From the NCBI GenBank assembly GCA_964016885.1, contig OZ024748.1, positions 4,030,001-4,094,000 on the forward strand: 64,000 nucleotides of DNA, written 5' to 3'. The notes beneath the pieces were generated by a model. The model was given only the letters and a program-made list of their open reading frames with translations. It ran no database searches and was not told where the DNA came from. Shown here piece by piece: positions 47,730-62,975 of the stretch; positions within the stretch are counted from its first letter, which is position 1; every line of letters starts with the position of its first letter. The position numbers and the translations under genes were made by a program. Source of the stretch: Eledone cirrhosa. Taxonomy: Eukaryota.

Positions 47730-48250
47730 CATTATACACACATTACATCACTATACACACAATATATACACATTATACACACATTACATCACTATACACA
47801 CACTATATACACATTATACACACATTACATCACTATACACACACTATATCCACATTAGACACACATTACATCACTATACACACAATATATACACATTACA
47901 CACACATTACATCACTATACACACAATATATACACATTACACACACATTACATCACTATACACACAATATATACACATTATCCACACATTACATCACTAT
48001 ACACACAATATATATACACATTATACACACTATATATGTGCTATAAAAATGCTATACACATATTATACACACACAATACACACAGTATACATACTCTAAG
48101 TACACTATAAACACTATATTCACAATATACACATTAAACACACTATATACACACTATATACTCATTATACACCCTATACTATACACACTATATATACACA
48201 CTATATACTCATTATACACCCTATACACACTATATATATACACTATACAC
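47730..48250. repeat. ~40-bp minisatellite (ACACATTACATCACTATACACACAATATAT) degrading 3'
   Basis: Direct reading. Confidence 0.85.
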
Positions 48251-48377
48251 AGTGAGCCAATGAAAGGTCCATTTGTTTTAGTCAACAATTGATGGTTTCT
48301 GTTAAAGATATTTACTGTTGCTGGAGTTTTAAAGGTTTTGTGTACATTAACGCACGCTCATACATACACATACACAC

Positions 48378-48532
<155 letters not shown>

Positions 48533-48533
48533 C

Positions 48534-48583
<50 letters not shown>

Positions 48584-48607
48584 GTCTGTGAGTGTGTGTG
48601 TGTGGTA

Positions 48608-48638
<31 letters not shown>

Positions 48639-49624
48639 ATGTGTGTGTATGTGTGTATGTGTGTGCGTGTGTACCAATTTACTGAGATCAACAAACATCC
48701 GAAATATTGAAGAATCTGAAGAAAAAAATCACATTGACATAACAACAACAACAACAACAACAGCAACATCACCACCACTAAAAACAACAACAACAACAAC
48801 AACACCCTCACCCCCACCACAATGATAACAACAACAGCAGCAACACCACCACCACCACTAAAAACAACAACAATAACAACAACACAAACATAATCAACAA
48901 CAGTAGCAATAAAATATAAACAACAACATAAATATACTATAACAACATAGCAACAACAACTTACACACTTACACCACCACCACCTCCATCATCACCACTA
49001 CCACCACCACCACCTCCATCATCACCCCTACCACCACCACCACCAGCACCACCACCACCACCAGCAACATCACCACCAGCACCACCAGCACCACCACTAC
49101 CACCAGCACCAGCACCACCACCACCACCACTACCATCACAACCACCACCACCACCACCACCACCACCACCACACCACCACTACCATCACAACCACAACCA
49201 CCACCACCACCACCACCACCACCGCCACCACCACCACCACCGTCACCGCCACCACCACTACCATCACAACCACCACCACCACCAGCACTAGTGTGTGAGT
49301 ATGTGTATGTATGTGTGTATGTATGTATGTGTGTGTATGTGTATGTATGTGTGTATGTATGTATGTGTGTGTATGTGTGTATATGTATGTGTGTGAGTAT
49401 GTATGTGTGTGTGTGTGTGTGTGTGTATTCAGACATTCTGCAAGACACATTAGAAAGAGTTACAAATATATAGTTTTTTAATAGATACATTCTTCTTCTT
49501 CTTCTTCTTCTTCTTCTTCTTCTTCTTCTTCTTCTTCTTCTTCTTCTTCTTCTTCTTCTTCTTCTTCTTCTTCTTCTTCTTCTTCTTCTTCTTCTTCTTC
49601 TTCTTCTTCTTCTTCTTCTTCTCC

Positions 49625-49660
<36 letters not shown>

Positions 49661-49708
49661 TTCATATATGTTAAAACTGATACCACACATATATATATAT
49701 GATCTATT

Positions 49709-49760
<52 letters not shown>

Positions 49761-49895
49761 TACATACATATTCTTTAAAGTAAGAAAAACTTATATAGTT
49801 CACATACATATGTATGCATTATGTGTGTATATGTGTGCATATGTGTATGTATTTATGCATGTGCGCCTGTATGTGTGTATGCCTGTATATGTTTG

Positions 49896-49952
<57 letters not shown>

Positions 49953-50251
49953 AGCTATGTATTTATATGTGTATGTCTGTACGTCTGTATATATGTTTGT
50001 ATGTTCGTATAAATATTTGCTTTATTTACATTTGCGTATACAAATACTCGTATATAAATAGAATTTTTTTATACCTGTCTGTCTGTCTCTCTGTCTGTCT
50101 GTCTGTCTGTACGTCTCCAATTTTTCTTATCTCTCCCCACCCCCTATCTCTCTCTCTCTCTCTCTCTCTAACTATCTACTTGTCTCGCTTTCTATTACCG
50201 AATCTCAACACACAAACACGCACACACTATCTCACATATACACACATACAG

Positions 50252-50329
<78 letters not shown>

Positions 50330-51016
50330 AACATCATCTGCTTCACATAACGAATTTGCTTCTCTTTTTTTACTTCAATAGAAGCAAAAAATAAAAAAAA
50401 GATCGCACATAAATACATGTATGCATACAAGAATATATTCATATACATACAGGCATACACACATACACACACATATATGCGCTAGTATGGTCGCAGTGAA
50501 ATGACTGAAACCAGTAAAAGTCTAAAAGAATATCAGCACTGGTTGAAAAAGTTGGTTCACCGGTCTTACGAAACGCACGTCCCTGATAGAAACTGGCATT
50601 AATAATTATAGGTATATCAAGATATTTAACAGGCAGTCAGTGAAAGTTAGCTACACTTGCGGTCAGTCAATGAGGCTTAAAATAACCGCATAAAATAATA
50701 CCAGAGGTCAACCCGGGAGGCTCATGTAGAGAAAAAAAGAAGAATGTCTCCTACAACAGAAATACAACACAAGAACGGTAATTCTACGATTGTAACAACC
50801 GTAAACAGCCAACCGACCGCAAACGACCGATATTTGAGGATGACACGGGACCGCTTCAAACAGCACACACACACACACACACTACCACTACCAATCAGCT
50901 AGTTCGGATGTCTGTGAAGCAAGTCAATAGGATATTCTTCTGATTTGGAAAATTAGACTCGCTGTAGAGATTTAGCTAGTCCAGGGTTACTTTTGTTAAC
51001 TGTAACACACACACGC

Positions 51017-51142
<126 letters not shown>

Positions 51143-51428
51143 GTATATACACATAATAGTATCAGAGATAGATATAATCGCAGATACGATTACATCGCGC
51201 AATCAATTTTCGTATCTATCTATTTAACTCTCTCTTTATACTCTTTATATATATATATATATACACACACATATATATATATGTGTGTGTGTGTGTGAGA
51301 GAGAGAGTGTGTGTGTGATAAAGATATCTAGGACTCCGTTATGTCTACAATGGAAGATATATCATTGCACAATGACGATAAGAAGTTGGGTGAATAATGT
51401 TTGATATGACATTTTACTTATATACACA

Positions 51429-51471
<43 letters not shown>

Positions 51472-51558
51472 ACATACACACAAACACAAAGACAGTAATA
51501 GACACATTTACATCCACAAACGCACAAATACACGTACACACACACATATATATATATA

Positions 51559-51819
51559 TTATAAAGATTCGGGGCCCGACGGCTGAGTTCTTGCCGTTTA
51601 AACAACTAGTTCCAGACTGGAACTAACTGTTGAAATGAAAAGAGCTCAGCCGACGAGTCCCGATTCTTTTTAATATAACCATACTCTACTATCTCAAGTA
51701 TCGAGTACTCTGTTGAGTAATGGCCTGAATTGGGGAGTATAACCCAACGAAACTTAAGTACCTATACATGGTCTGAGTGCTCGTACCCTTGGATATTTCT
51801 AGCAAACTTATACTACAGT
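51559..51819 (+). mobile_element. Family A-related divergent fold-back element
   Basis: GGCCCGACGGCTGAGTTCTTGCCGTTT..AGTTCCAGACTGGAACT..GAGCTCAGCCGAC hairpin; TACTCTACTATCTCAAGTATCGAGTACT motif; TA-flanked. Confidence 0.7.
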
Positions 51820-51829
51820 ATATATATAT

Positions 51830-52147
51830 ATGGCGTAGGACAGAACAAATGATGATGGCGTAGGACAGAACAAAGGAGAGGCACAAAAACAAAGAAAAGA
51901 ATCCCCAGTCACTGAAGAGGTCACAGAATGTGTGATGAAAGAACTTTGACAATATATGAACAACCGTCCGGTTGTGGAACCAACCAACCAACCAACCGAA
52001 AATTTATAAATTTAATTTATAATAAATTGGAGTGAAAGCAACTGGTGCGTGTGTTTCTTATTGGCAACATGACCCTCCCAGAGTATAACAATATCGGTTT
52101 CAACACACGTTTTCAGATAAAGAATCTTGTTAAACAATTCAGAAACC

Positions 52148-52148
<1 letters not shown>
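51830..52148 (+). mobile_element. Family C element with hammerhead
   Basis: ATGGCGTAGG start (cf. position 130), hammerhead at 51908-51950, ATGACCCTCCCAGAGTATAACAATAT tail; TA-flanked. Confidence 0.65.
51908..51950 (+). ncRNA. Minimal hammerhead ribozyme motif
   Basis: Stem I GTCA/TGAC; CTGAAGA 51912-18; G; stem II GTCACA/TGTGAT; GAAA 51937-40; GAAC-TT. Confidence 0.65.
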
Positions 52149-52178
<30 letters not shown>

Positions 52179-52282
52179 GAACTACAACTTTGTCTGATTT
52201 ACATGTCTTATTTACAATCCTTTAAAATGTATAATGGTATTAGAATGAAATAGTATGTAGTAGAATATTAAATTAACACTTA

Positions 52283-52325
<43 letters not shown>

Positions 52326-52331
<6 letters not shown>

Positions 52332-52429
52332 CAGATTAAATAAATATTCGCTCTACGGTTCTTATATATCTGATATATATTTATCCTTATCGAGCCCTCT
52401 TTGGATTTAGTTTTCAAATTTATTATTAT

Positions 52430-52434
<5 letters not shown>
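52326..52434 (+). mobile_element. Family D TA-embedded island
   Basis: AAATAACAGATT..GCTCTACGGTTCTTATATAT..TCCTTATCGAGCCCTCTTTGGATTT..CAAATTTATTATTATTACTA. Confidence 0.75.
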
Positions 52435-52505
<71 letters not shown>

Positions 52506-52571
52506 TATCGCATGCCCATATATGGAATTACCTCTTGAAAAGTTCAGTTATTTATTACCACGCTAAAAGTC

Positions 52572-52626
52572 TAATTTTGTCCCGAAATAGCCGTGGAAAG
52601 GGCTTGAGCTCTGAACTTTTTCCTAT
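52572..52626. mobile_element. Family A arm fragment
   Basis: GTCCCGAAATAGCCGTGGAAAGGGCTTGAGCTCTG..CTTTTTCCTA. Confidence 0.6.
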
Positions 52627-52644
52627 ATATATATATATATATAC

Positions 52645-52709
<65 letters not shown>

Positions 52710-52822
52710 TGTGTGTATGTGTGTGTATGAATGTTTAAAAAAACGAAAAAACTACAATTCAAGACTAGCAAACTATGTAATATCTAAAATGGTTAAATGT
52801 TTTTTAGTCCCCCCCCCCGCCT

Positions 52823-52905
<83 letters not shown>

Positions 52906-53196
52906 GCCTCTTTGAATATTTCAATCCATCTTCCATCTTGTCAGGTATATCCAATATTTTTCAAAATGGAAGCCTGCGTACGATGATGTACATTATATAT
53001 ATATTATTTATATTTCTGCATATATATATGTCATAGAGTTTGCTTATGTGCATGTGTGTACATGTGCGAGTGCTTATACATACATGCCTTCATACATACA
53101 TACATACATACATACATACATACATACATACATACATACATACATACATACACATAGATATACATCCCGAATTCATTTTTTTCTCTCTAAGCTCGC

Positions 53197-53280
<84 letters not shown>

Positions 53281-53399
53281 CACATATATATATATATGTG
53301 TATATATATATATATATATATTTGTCTATATATATATGTATATATATATATGTATATATATATGTATATATATATGTATATATATATGTATATATATAC

Positions 53400-53448
<49 letters not shown>

Positions 53449-53779
53449 TGTGTGTGTGTGTCTATGTATATCTATCTATCTATGTATATATATACGTGTG
53501 TTTGTATGTATATATACACTATATATATTTGTAAAATTCTCGTCCATTACAACTCTAGATATATATATTACAGAGACAAGCTTGGAGATATTTCAGGAGG
53601 CAAATTGTAAACATTTCTAGAAGCTACCCCGTTCGTCCTCAATTGCTTCTCCCGTCCTTTTATTTATTTCTATAAATCTATATCAAATTATTTTCTTTTA
53701 TATTGTAATAATCGTCACTTTTTTCCCTCCTCTCCGATACACTATTCTAACTTTGCATTCTCGGCGTCATATTATATAT

Positions 53780-53822
<43 letters not shown>

Positions 53823-54080
53823 CCGTTTTACGTCCGTTCTTCCATGCTAGCATGGGTTAGACGGGTTGTCCTGTTGTGGGCAGTGTCTGGTCGGCTGACC
53901 ATGCCTTGCTCATACAGGAACTGATTTTGGCTTGATTTCTACAGCTGGATGCCCTTCCTAACACCAACCTCATTTACAGTGAGTGCTGAGTGCTTTTTTG
54001 CCGTGGCGCCTACACGTCCACTTTACAGTGAGTGCTGGGTGCTTTTTTGCCGTGGCGCCTCCACGTCCACTTTACAGTGG
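53780..54080 (-). mobile_element. 3' end of a SINE/LINE-tailed retroposon with (GAT)n tail
   Basis: Minus strand TTAGGAAGGGCATCCAGCTGTAGAAA...GCATGGAAGAACGGACGTAAAACGGT(GAT)n; internal ~49-bp tandem duplication at 53974-54079. Confidence 0.6.
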
Positions 54081-54293
54081 GAGGGTGTGGGGGCATATTG
54101 TCTATATGCTTCAGCTTGTACCCATGGGAAGTCGGGTACTATATATATACATGTGTGTGTGTGTATACATACATATATATATATGTGTGTGTGTGTGCGC
54201 GCGTGCGTGTGTGTGTGTGCGTATGTGTGTATACATATATATGTTTGAGTGTATATCTGTTCGTATATGTGTGCGTGTCTGTATATACATATA

Positions 54294-54435
<142 letters not shown>

Positions 54436-54485
54436 AGTATAGATATATGTATACATACAGGTATATATATCTATATCTATATATA

Positions 54486-54529
<44 letters not shown>

Positions 54530-54532
<3 letters not shown>

Positions 54533-54725
54533 CGAAGGAATTGTGGTAAGGAACCAGATGGACCATAACGTACCAAAGTACTCAATACTTAGGGTAGTAG
54601 AGTGGGTAATAGGAACAAGTATGACCCCGACGGCAGAGCTCAAGCCGCTTCGACGGCTATTTCTGGACCAGAAATAACCGTCGAAACGGCTTGAGCTCTG
54701 CCGTCGGAGTCATACTTGTTCCTAT
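54530..54725 (-). mobile_element. Family A fold-back element, full form
   Basis: Tail 54530-54608, hairpin 54609-54725; TA-flanked. Confidence 0.9.
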
Positions 54726-55750
54726 ATATATATATAATGAAAACTGAAAAACATCAGCCGTTTAAATAAAATTATAGTTTACTCAATTTCTCTATGTATA
54801 GAGAAAAATAACTTTATTTGATAAATTTGAAACAGACATAATATACTTGATAAAAGTATCGAAAGTCAGGAAAAAAGTAGATACTGTATTTAACAAAAGG
54901 TTTATCTAGAACATAAAAAGTAACTCTCAATATATACAACTCAATCAAAAGATATAAGCAAAGTTTGTGCAAATAAAAGGCAGAACAACATGCTTACCAT
55001 AAAGACTTCCATACACTACACTAAAAGACCACAAACAAATTTTCTTAGTTAACTCCACGTTAATATTGGTAATATTCAGTAAAGGGTAAATAACGTGTAG
55101 AATGCTAAGTTATAAATTGTAATATTAGACAACCAATACTGGATCAATGACAACCATTAACTTAATAAAAGTACAATAACAACCATTACAAGAAACAAAG
55201 AAAAAGAAAAAAATACAGAAGAAAAAAAAGAGGAACATCAACTGGTTGAACCCATCATACAGTTTAGATGTAGCGATAAATGTGTCGCAAAAAAACAAAC
55301 TTCCTATTGCTAATTACCAAACCCTTCCCACACGACCAAAGATATCAAACGCTAACCTATTTAAACAACAACCAGCACGAATAACGACAGCAATAATATC
55401 TACCAAAGAGACAACGACAACAACGACAACAACAACTTCTATAATATCAACAGTCACCACTGCCATCACAATCACAGCCACCACCACCTTATATATATCA
55501 GAAAACCCCCCCACCATAATATCATCCACAGCAAATGCGAACCAGCAGCAGCAGCGGCGGCGGGGTGGGGGCTCCAACGAGGGTTGCTCGATATTGGTTA
55601 ACAAGAACAAGAACAACATCAAAAACAACAACAACAACAACCACAACAACAAAAACAACAATTACGACAACAACAATAACACCAACAGAAACAAAAACAA
55701 CAACAACAGCAATAACTACAACAACAACAACTAAAACTGTACCAAAAACT

Positions 55751-55783
<33 letters not shown>

Positions 55784-56126
55784 GTAACACCAATAACAGC
55801 AACAAGAGCAACTATAACATCAACAACAACAGCAACAACAACAACAACAGCAACAGCAACAACAACAACAGCAACAGCAACAGCAACAACAACAACAACA
55901 ACAACAACAACAGTAACTATAACAACACCAACAACAACAACAACCATAACACTACTACACACACCCCGACAAAACTCCTTCTTCACACACACGCCGCCGC
56001 CATTTTTAATGTTTCTACATGCCGCCATGTTTTATCCCAGCTTTGCTGTTCTTAGCTAAGTTTGATTTTTTTAGTTTTAGTTGTTCTTGTTGTTGTCGTT
56101 ATTAATGTGGTTCTAATTATTGTTAT

Positions 56127-56170
<44 letters not shown>

Positions 56171-56554
56171 CTGATATACACGTTGTTGTTGTTGTTGTAG
56201 TTGACGCTAATGCGATCCTACTTGTTGCAGTTATTATAGTTTTAGTTGTTGTTGTAGCAATGGTTAAAATGGCGATTGTTACAGCTGTTGGTGTCGTTTT
56301 AGTTATTGTTGTTTCTGTTGTAGCTGTTGATGTGACCCTAGTTGTTGTTGTTGTTGATGATGTAGTTCTAGTTATTGTTGTTGTTGTTGTTGGTGCAATT
56401 TATTGTTGTTGTTGTTGGTGATGTTGTTGTTGTTATTGGCTAGAGGGTTCACGGTGACGTTTTGACGGAAGTCCCAGCTACTTCATGCATGAGACAAGCC
56501 TTATGATGTAGTGTTTTGTACTGACCAAACCACACTAGCAGAACTACCTTGACA

Positions 56555-56650
<96 letters not shown>

Positions 56651-56666
56651 GATTCGTGGTAGAATT

Positions 56667-56784
<118 letters not shown>

Positions 56785-56795
56785 ATATATATAAT

Positions 56796-57068
<273 letters not shown>

Positions 57069-57079
57069 TATATATATAT

Positions 57080-57197
<118 letters not shown>

Positions 57198-57198
57198 T

Positions 57199-57267
<69 letters not shown>

Positions 57268-57599
57268 GCATATATATATATACATATTTATATGTGTGTG
57301 CGCGTGTGCATGCATGTGTGATTTCTACCACGAGCGCGTGTGTGTGAGTGCGTATGCATATATATATAAATATATGTATGTATATATGTATATGAGCATG
57401 TGTGCGTGTGTATGTGTGTGTGCGTGCGTGTGAATGTATATGAAGTTGTGAATATCTAAGTTGCTGTTATGGGAGTAATGTGTCTGTAGAGAATGAACAG
57501 GAAGTGAGTTTGTTACATTATTATAACCATGGTAACCGACAGACTACATCACCACACACGCACACACACACACATACACTCACACAAATATACACACAC

Positions 57600-57643
<44 letters not shown>

Positions 57644-57865
57644 GCACACACACACACACTCACACACACACACATACACTCACACACTCACACACATATA
57701 CACACACACATACACACACACACACACACACGCACACACACACACACATATACACACACACATATATACGGTTCAACAGAGAATATGTGGTTAAGAGAAT
57801 GCGTTATCCCGAAGCAACTTATAAATTGAAAATGTGACGCATACCTATGTGACAAACCTATCTAT

Positions 57866-57975
<110 letters not shown>

Positions 57976-58096
57976 ACACACAGTCATATCTATATATATA
58001 CACGCACACACATTCATATCTATATACACACCAACACACACACACATACATATATATATAAATATATACATGCATACATACATAAATATACACACA

Positions 58097-58144
<48 letters not shown>

Positions 58145-58182
58145 ATTAAATAAATGGAAAACTATATTTATAAAACCATATT

Positions 58183-58248
58183 TATTTCATTATATATATT
58201 TCGGGGATATCATATTAACAATATGCTATGCCTTCCTCAGACAAAATA
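58183..58248 (-). ncRNA. Type I hammerhead motif (CTGAGGA variant)
   Basis: Inverted copy of 58408-58473 with TCCTCAG at 58234-40. Confidence 0.6.
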
Positions 58249-58407
58249 CAATATAAACAGTTTTATAGATAAATAGATTCGACATACCGTAATAACACCG
58301 ACTTCATTTGAAGAGGTTTAAGCTGGCAGTGAAAAAATTTTACACAGAGAGAAAGAAAGAGACAAAATGTATGTCGAATCTATTTATCTATAAAACTGTT
58401 TATATTG

Positions 58408-58473
58408 TATTTTGTCTGATGAAGGCATAGCATATTGTTAATATGATATCCCCGAAATATATATAATGAAATA
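58408..58473 (+). ncRNA. Type I hammerhead ribozyme motif
   Basis: TATTTTGT-CTGATGA (58416-22), AGGCATAGCATATT-GTT-AATATGATATCCCC, GAAA (58454-57), TATATA-TA-ATGAAATA. Confidence 0.65.
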
Positions 58474-58603
58474 AATATGGTTTTATAAATATAGTTTCCA
58501 TTTATTTAATATTGTATATATACTCCAAATATTTGTCGAGTGCTTTTATATCAGTTATAAATATTTACTAGTTGTAACCCAACAATTTTAAATATAACTT
58601 TCC

Positions 58604-58637
<34 letters not shown>

Positions 58638-58740
58638 TCATATATATATATAATATATATACATATACATTTATCTATATTTCTCTCTCACTCACTCTCC
58701 CTCTCTCTCATATATATATATATACACTGAGGATGAAGAA

Positions 58741-58898
58741 CTCAGTGCTCCTGTGGGAGCCCAGCATGGACACACTGGAAGAGGGAGACCGAGGTTAACA
58801 TATGTTGATACCCTAAGGACAGAAACTGGTCTCTTGGAGATAATGAGGGACAGAGACCGCTGGAGAGAACTCGTCCATGGATCTCGGGAATTTTACCC
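58741..58898 (+). mobile_element. 3'-terminal fragment of the same RTE LINE
   Basis: CTCAGTGCTCCTG..GACAGAGACCGCTGGAGAGAACTCGTCCATGGATCTCGGGAATTTTACCC matches 42156-42332. Confidence 0.9.
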
Positions 58899-58899
58899 A

Positions 58900-58935
<36 letters not shown>

Positions 58936-59343
58936 GTAAACACAGAGAAATCAGTTTCGAAGTTTCGAATGTCACAAAATGAAGATAAAACAGAGATCGG
59001 AACCTAAGTTGAGTCTACATTAAGATGGCGTCAGAAGTGATATCATTTGGGTGACACGTGAAAATACTTAGGAGTTTAACCAGTTTAAAGATGGAGTGAG
59101 CTGAGAAACTTGATCCTCGTTTCTCTAACTATGTCAGTACACTTTCAGTTATACATGGCTAGGTATGTATGTATGTATGTATATGTGTGTATGTATGTAT
59201 GTATGTATGTATGTATGTATGTATGTATGTATGTATGTATGTATGTATGTATGTATGTATGTATGTATGTATGTATATATGTATGTATATATGTATGTAT
59301 ATGTGTATATGTATGTATGTATGCATGTATGTATGTGTGCACG

Positions 59344-59412
<69 letters not shown>

Positions 59413-59679
59413 ATATGTACGTATGTATGTACGTATGTATATATGTATATATGTACGTATGTATATATGTATGTACGCGATTAGATATTTATGTAACTAT
59501 ATATGTGCGTGCATACGTGCGTATGGTTATACACATAATTATATCTCTCACACATAGACTCAGACACACTCACACACACATACACTGACCCACAGACGCG
59601 CATGCACACACACACACACATACATACAAATACACACACACACATATATATATATATGTATATATATATTTGCGAAATA

Positions 59680-59780
59680 CATGGTTTAGTGGTTAGAGCG
59701 TTTGGTGCAAAATCGAGAGGTCATAATTTCGATTCTCGGCTGCACGTTGAGAAGATACTTTATTTCATGTTGTGTAGTTC
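59680..59780 (+). mobile_element. tRNA-derived SINE head
   Basis: TGGTTTAGTGGTTAGAGCG A-box, TTTCGATTC B-box-like. Confidence 0.55.
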
Positions 59781-60439
59781 AAAGATCCGAGCTTGTATTT
59801 TCATTTAAAGGGTTATTCTAAAGATTTTATTGCCACGCCAAGTATTTACAGATCCTGCAAACACATTGTTCTTTAAATATTCCTGACATTTCTCTACTTG
59901 ATTTCTCATCTTATTTAACTTTCTATGCAATGCTGAGAATGTCATCTGTTTTTCCTTCAGTATTGTTCATAACCTGTTTCCTGTGTTAGTCTTCACCTCC
60001 ACCACAGTTATTAGATAAAAATTGTTTTCACCCCCAACAGAGATACCAGGTAAAAGTTGTTTGTAGAATAATTATTGGCTCTCTTGCGGCTTTGACAGGT
60101 GAAGTTTGTTTATTGGTTTCATTAACTAATTATCTCCTTACACAATTTACCTGTCCCGGACACCTGAAGCAAGCATACAGGGTAGTCTGATTCTGTAGTA
60201 AGTTTTATTAGTTGTTAGTTTTAAGTTCTTATGAACTGGATTTGATCTTTGCGCTTTGAACTCTGCTGCTGGTGATCGAACCTTGTGGAGAAAAATATCT
60301 CATGTTGATGCGCAGTCTGCATCTGGCGGAGTTTAGTGTCACAAGAAGAGTTTTAAGTAGTGAGTTACATCTAAAGTCTGGGCTTAAATAATCACCCCCA
60401 CCCACTAAACAAAATAAAAAAAGAAAAAAAAAGGAAAAT

Positions 60440-60479
<40 letters not shown>

Positions 60480-60519
60480 CCACACACACGCGCGCGCGCG
60501 CGCACACACACACAAATTA

Positions 60520-61012
60520 ACCGTTTTGAGTACAAAGCCTGCCGATGTTAACTTTGCTTTTCATCCTGACGGGGTCGATAAAATAAAGTATCAGTAACGT
60601 ACTGGGGTCGATTTAATCGACTTTCCCTTCCCCCCAAATTGTTGGCTTTCTGTCTAAATCAGAAACTTATTAATTTCAAACAATTCATCAAATTTACTCG
60701 AAGATCAAAGTTGATATAATCGACCCTAGTACATGACTGGTACTTAATCTTAACGATCTCGGAAGGATTAAAGGCAACGTCTCCGTTGGTGGGATTTCAA
60801 CTCAGTATGTAAAGAGCCAGAAAGCCGCAATAGTATGTTATTCGATGCTCTACCAATTCTGTCCACCAACAACCCTTACTCACATATGTCATTATTATAC
60901 TCAAATCCCGCCGAGGGTGACTTTGCCTTTCATCCTTACGGAGTCGATAAAATAAAGTACCAGTAATACACTGGTGTAATTGCTGGCCTTGTGCCTAAAG
61001 TAGAAACAATTA
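60520..61012. mobile_element. Cluster of three SINE family 1 copies (+ 60520-60670, - 60712-60866, + 60900-61012)
   Basis: Each contains the CTTTCATCC..GGTCGATAAAATAAAGTA domain or its complement. Confidence 0.8.
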
Positions 61013-61370
61013 TTATAAATGAAGACGAGACCTCACAAATGTTCAGATGTCAGTTTTGCCCCGTTTTCACATGATATTTTTCTCACCCAGATCTCACACG
61101 AATGTGACAAAAGTCACACAAACGTCTTCTCATACTCTCGGGTCCCAAATAATAGAAGGTGAGGGCTGGAATAAGCAGGAAGGGGGTTGGACATTGGCTT
61201 AAATTCTTATAAGCGGATGGGTGAGGTGGGGTGCGATAGGTAATTGTATAGTGTACGTTCGTAAATATGGGATTTCTTGTAATGTCCTTTTTTGAGATAT
61301 ATAATGTTGTTTTTTTTTAAATGTAAAATAAAATAATTATTAGATTCTCCAGCTGCTGTATCGATATAAA

Positions 61371-61496
61371 GGCTGTGGATTGGCAGACTCGGTATAATAT
61401 ATAAGGTTAACTTTGCCTTTCATCCTTACGGGGTCGATAAAAAAAAGTACCAGTAATCCACTGGGTAATTGCTGGCCTTGTGCCAAAAGTAGAAAC

Positions 61497-61500
<4 letters not shown>
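61371..61500 (+). mobile_element. SINE family 1, internally deleted
   Basis: GGCTGTGGATTGGCAGACTCGG head joined to the central domain and tail. Confidence 0.8.
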
Positions 61501-61543
<43 letters not shown>

Positions 61544-61548
<5 letters not shown>

Positions 61549-61644
61549 TAAAATAACAGATTTGCTCTACGGTTCTTATATATTTGATATATATTTATCC
61601 TTATTAAGCCCTCTTTGGATTTTAGTCTTCAAATTTATTATTAT

Positions 61645-61650
<6 letters not shown>
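61544..61650 (+). mobile_element. Family D TA-embedded island
   Basis: Matches 52326-52434. Confidence 0.75.
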
Positions 61651-61685
<35 letters not shown>

Positions 61686-61689
<4 letters not shown>

Positions 61690-61880
61690 AAAAGAGTCAG
61701 GACCCCGACGGCTGAGCTCCGGCCGTTTCGACAGACAGCTAGATTCCGATCTAGCTGTCGAAACGGCCGGAGCTCAGCCGTCGGGGTCCTGACTCTTTAC
61801 CTATTACCCACTCTACTACCCTAAGTATCGAGTACTCTGGTGTATTATGGTCCACCTGGTTCCTTACCACACTTACTTCG

Positions 61881-61883
<3 letters not shown>
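61686..61883 (+). mobile_element. Family A fold-back element, full form
   Basis: Hairpin 61686-61804, tail to TTCGTTA(TA)n. Confidence 0.9.
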
Positions 61884-61924
<41 letters not shown>

Positions 61925-61980
61925 CTGTGTATGTGTGTATGTGTGTGTGTGTGTGTATTATATGCACGTATATGACTATA

Positions 61981-62100
<120 letters not shown>

Positions 62101-62691
62101 CATGGAGAGGGGGGTGAAGTGATTTGGACGGGTGGGATGGGGCTGGTGGTGTTGATGGTGTTCGTGATGGTGTTGGTGTTGGTGTTGGTGTTGGTGGTGG
62201 TGATAGTGACGCTGTTGGTGGTGGTGATGCTGGAGGTGACGCTGGTGATGGGGCTGGTGGTGGTGGTGTTTGTGGTGTTGGTGGTGGTGGTGTTGGAGGT
62301 GACGCTGGTGGTGGTGGTGCTGTGCCTGCAAACTGTCTGGATCGGTTAGTATGGCCTCTCAGTTGGGCGCCAGTTTGGCCATCTCTGGCAACCAAGTCCG
62401 CATCCCACATCTAAACACTCCATCACTGTCACCAGGCCACACCTTTCACCCCCACCCTCTAAGGACACACTGTGAAACATCGAAACCCTCTTTTGCTGCA
62501 GTTTTAAACTGCCCCCTACCTCCACCACCACCACCACCACCACACACCCTTGCCGTCATCGAAACCTTTATCAATACCACTATCTCCATAACAACAACAA
62601 CAACAACAACAACTGCCATAGTCACTAGTGCCATAACAAGTACAGCTACCACCATCACCATTCCCACAATAACAACACCAATAGTAACACT

Positions 62692-62754
<63 letters not shown>

Positions 62755-62926
62755 CATCATCACAGCAACAACTGAAAAAATTGCTCTCATCATCACAACC
62801 ACTTTCTCAACAACCCCTACCTCGACCACCACCCCTTTCACCATCACAACCCTTATCATAGCCACCACCACCACCACCACCACCACCACCACCACCACCA
62901 CCACCACGCCACTTCTATGGTCACCA

Positions 62927-62975
62927 TCAAATAGCAACCTCTTCGTAGTTACGGCTGGCTTCACTGGGTTTGCAG
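62927..62975 (-). CDS. Possible short terminal coding exon of an unidentified host gene
   Basis: Minus strand CTAATTTTCGCAG acceptor-like site, then non-repetitive CKPSEASRNYEEVAI*; no homology recognised. Confidence 0.2.

Larger units (their letters stand above)
58141..58603. mobile_element. Family B element with two intact, divergently oriented hammerheads
   Basis: ~147-bp near-identical arms at 58141-58287 / 58369-58515, spacer ~80 bp, family B tail to 58603; TA-flanked. Confidence 0.85.

Noticed and set aside
59790-60395. Possible decayed coding/TE sequence on the minus strand
   Set aside because: No recognisable protein motif; stops in the frames examined
61132-61240. Possible DNA-transposon terminus (TACTCTCGGGTCCCAAATAATAG)
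   Set aside because: No matching opposite terminus found
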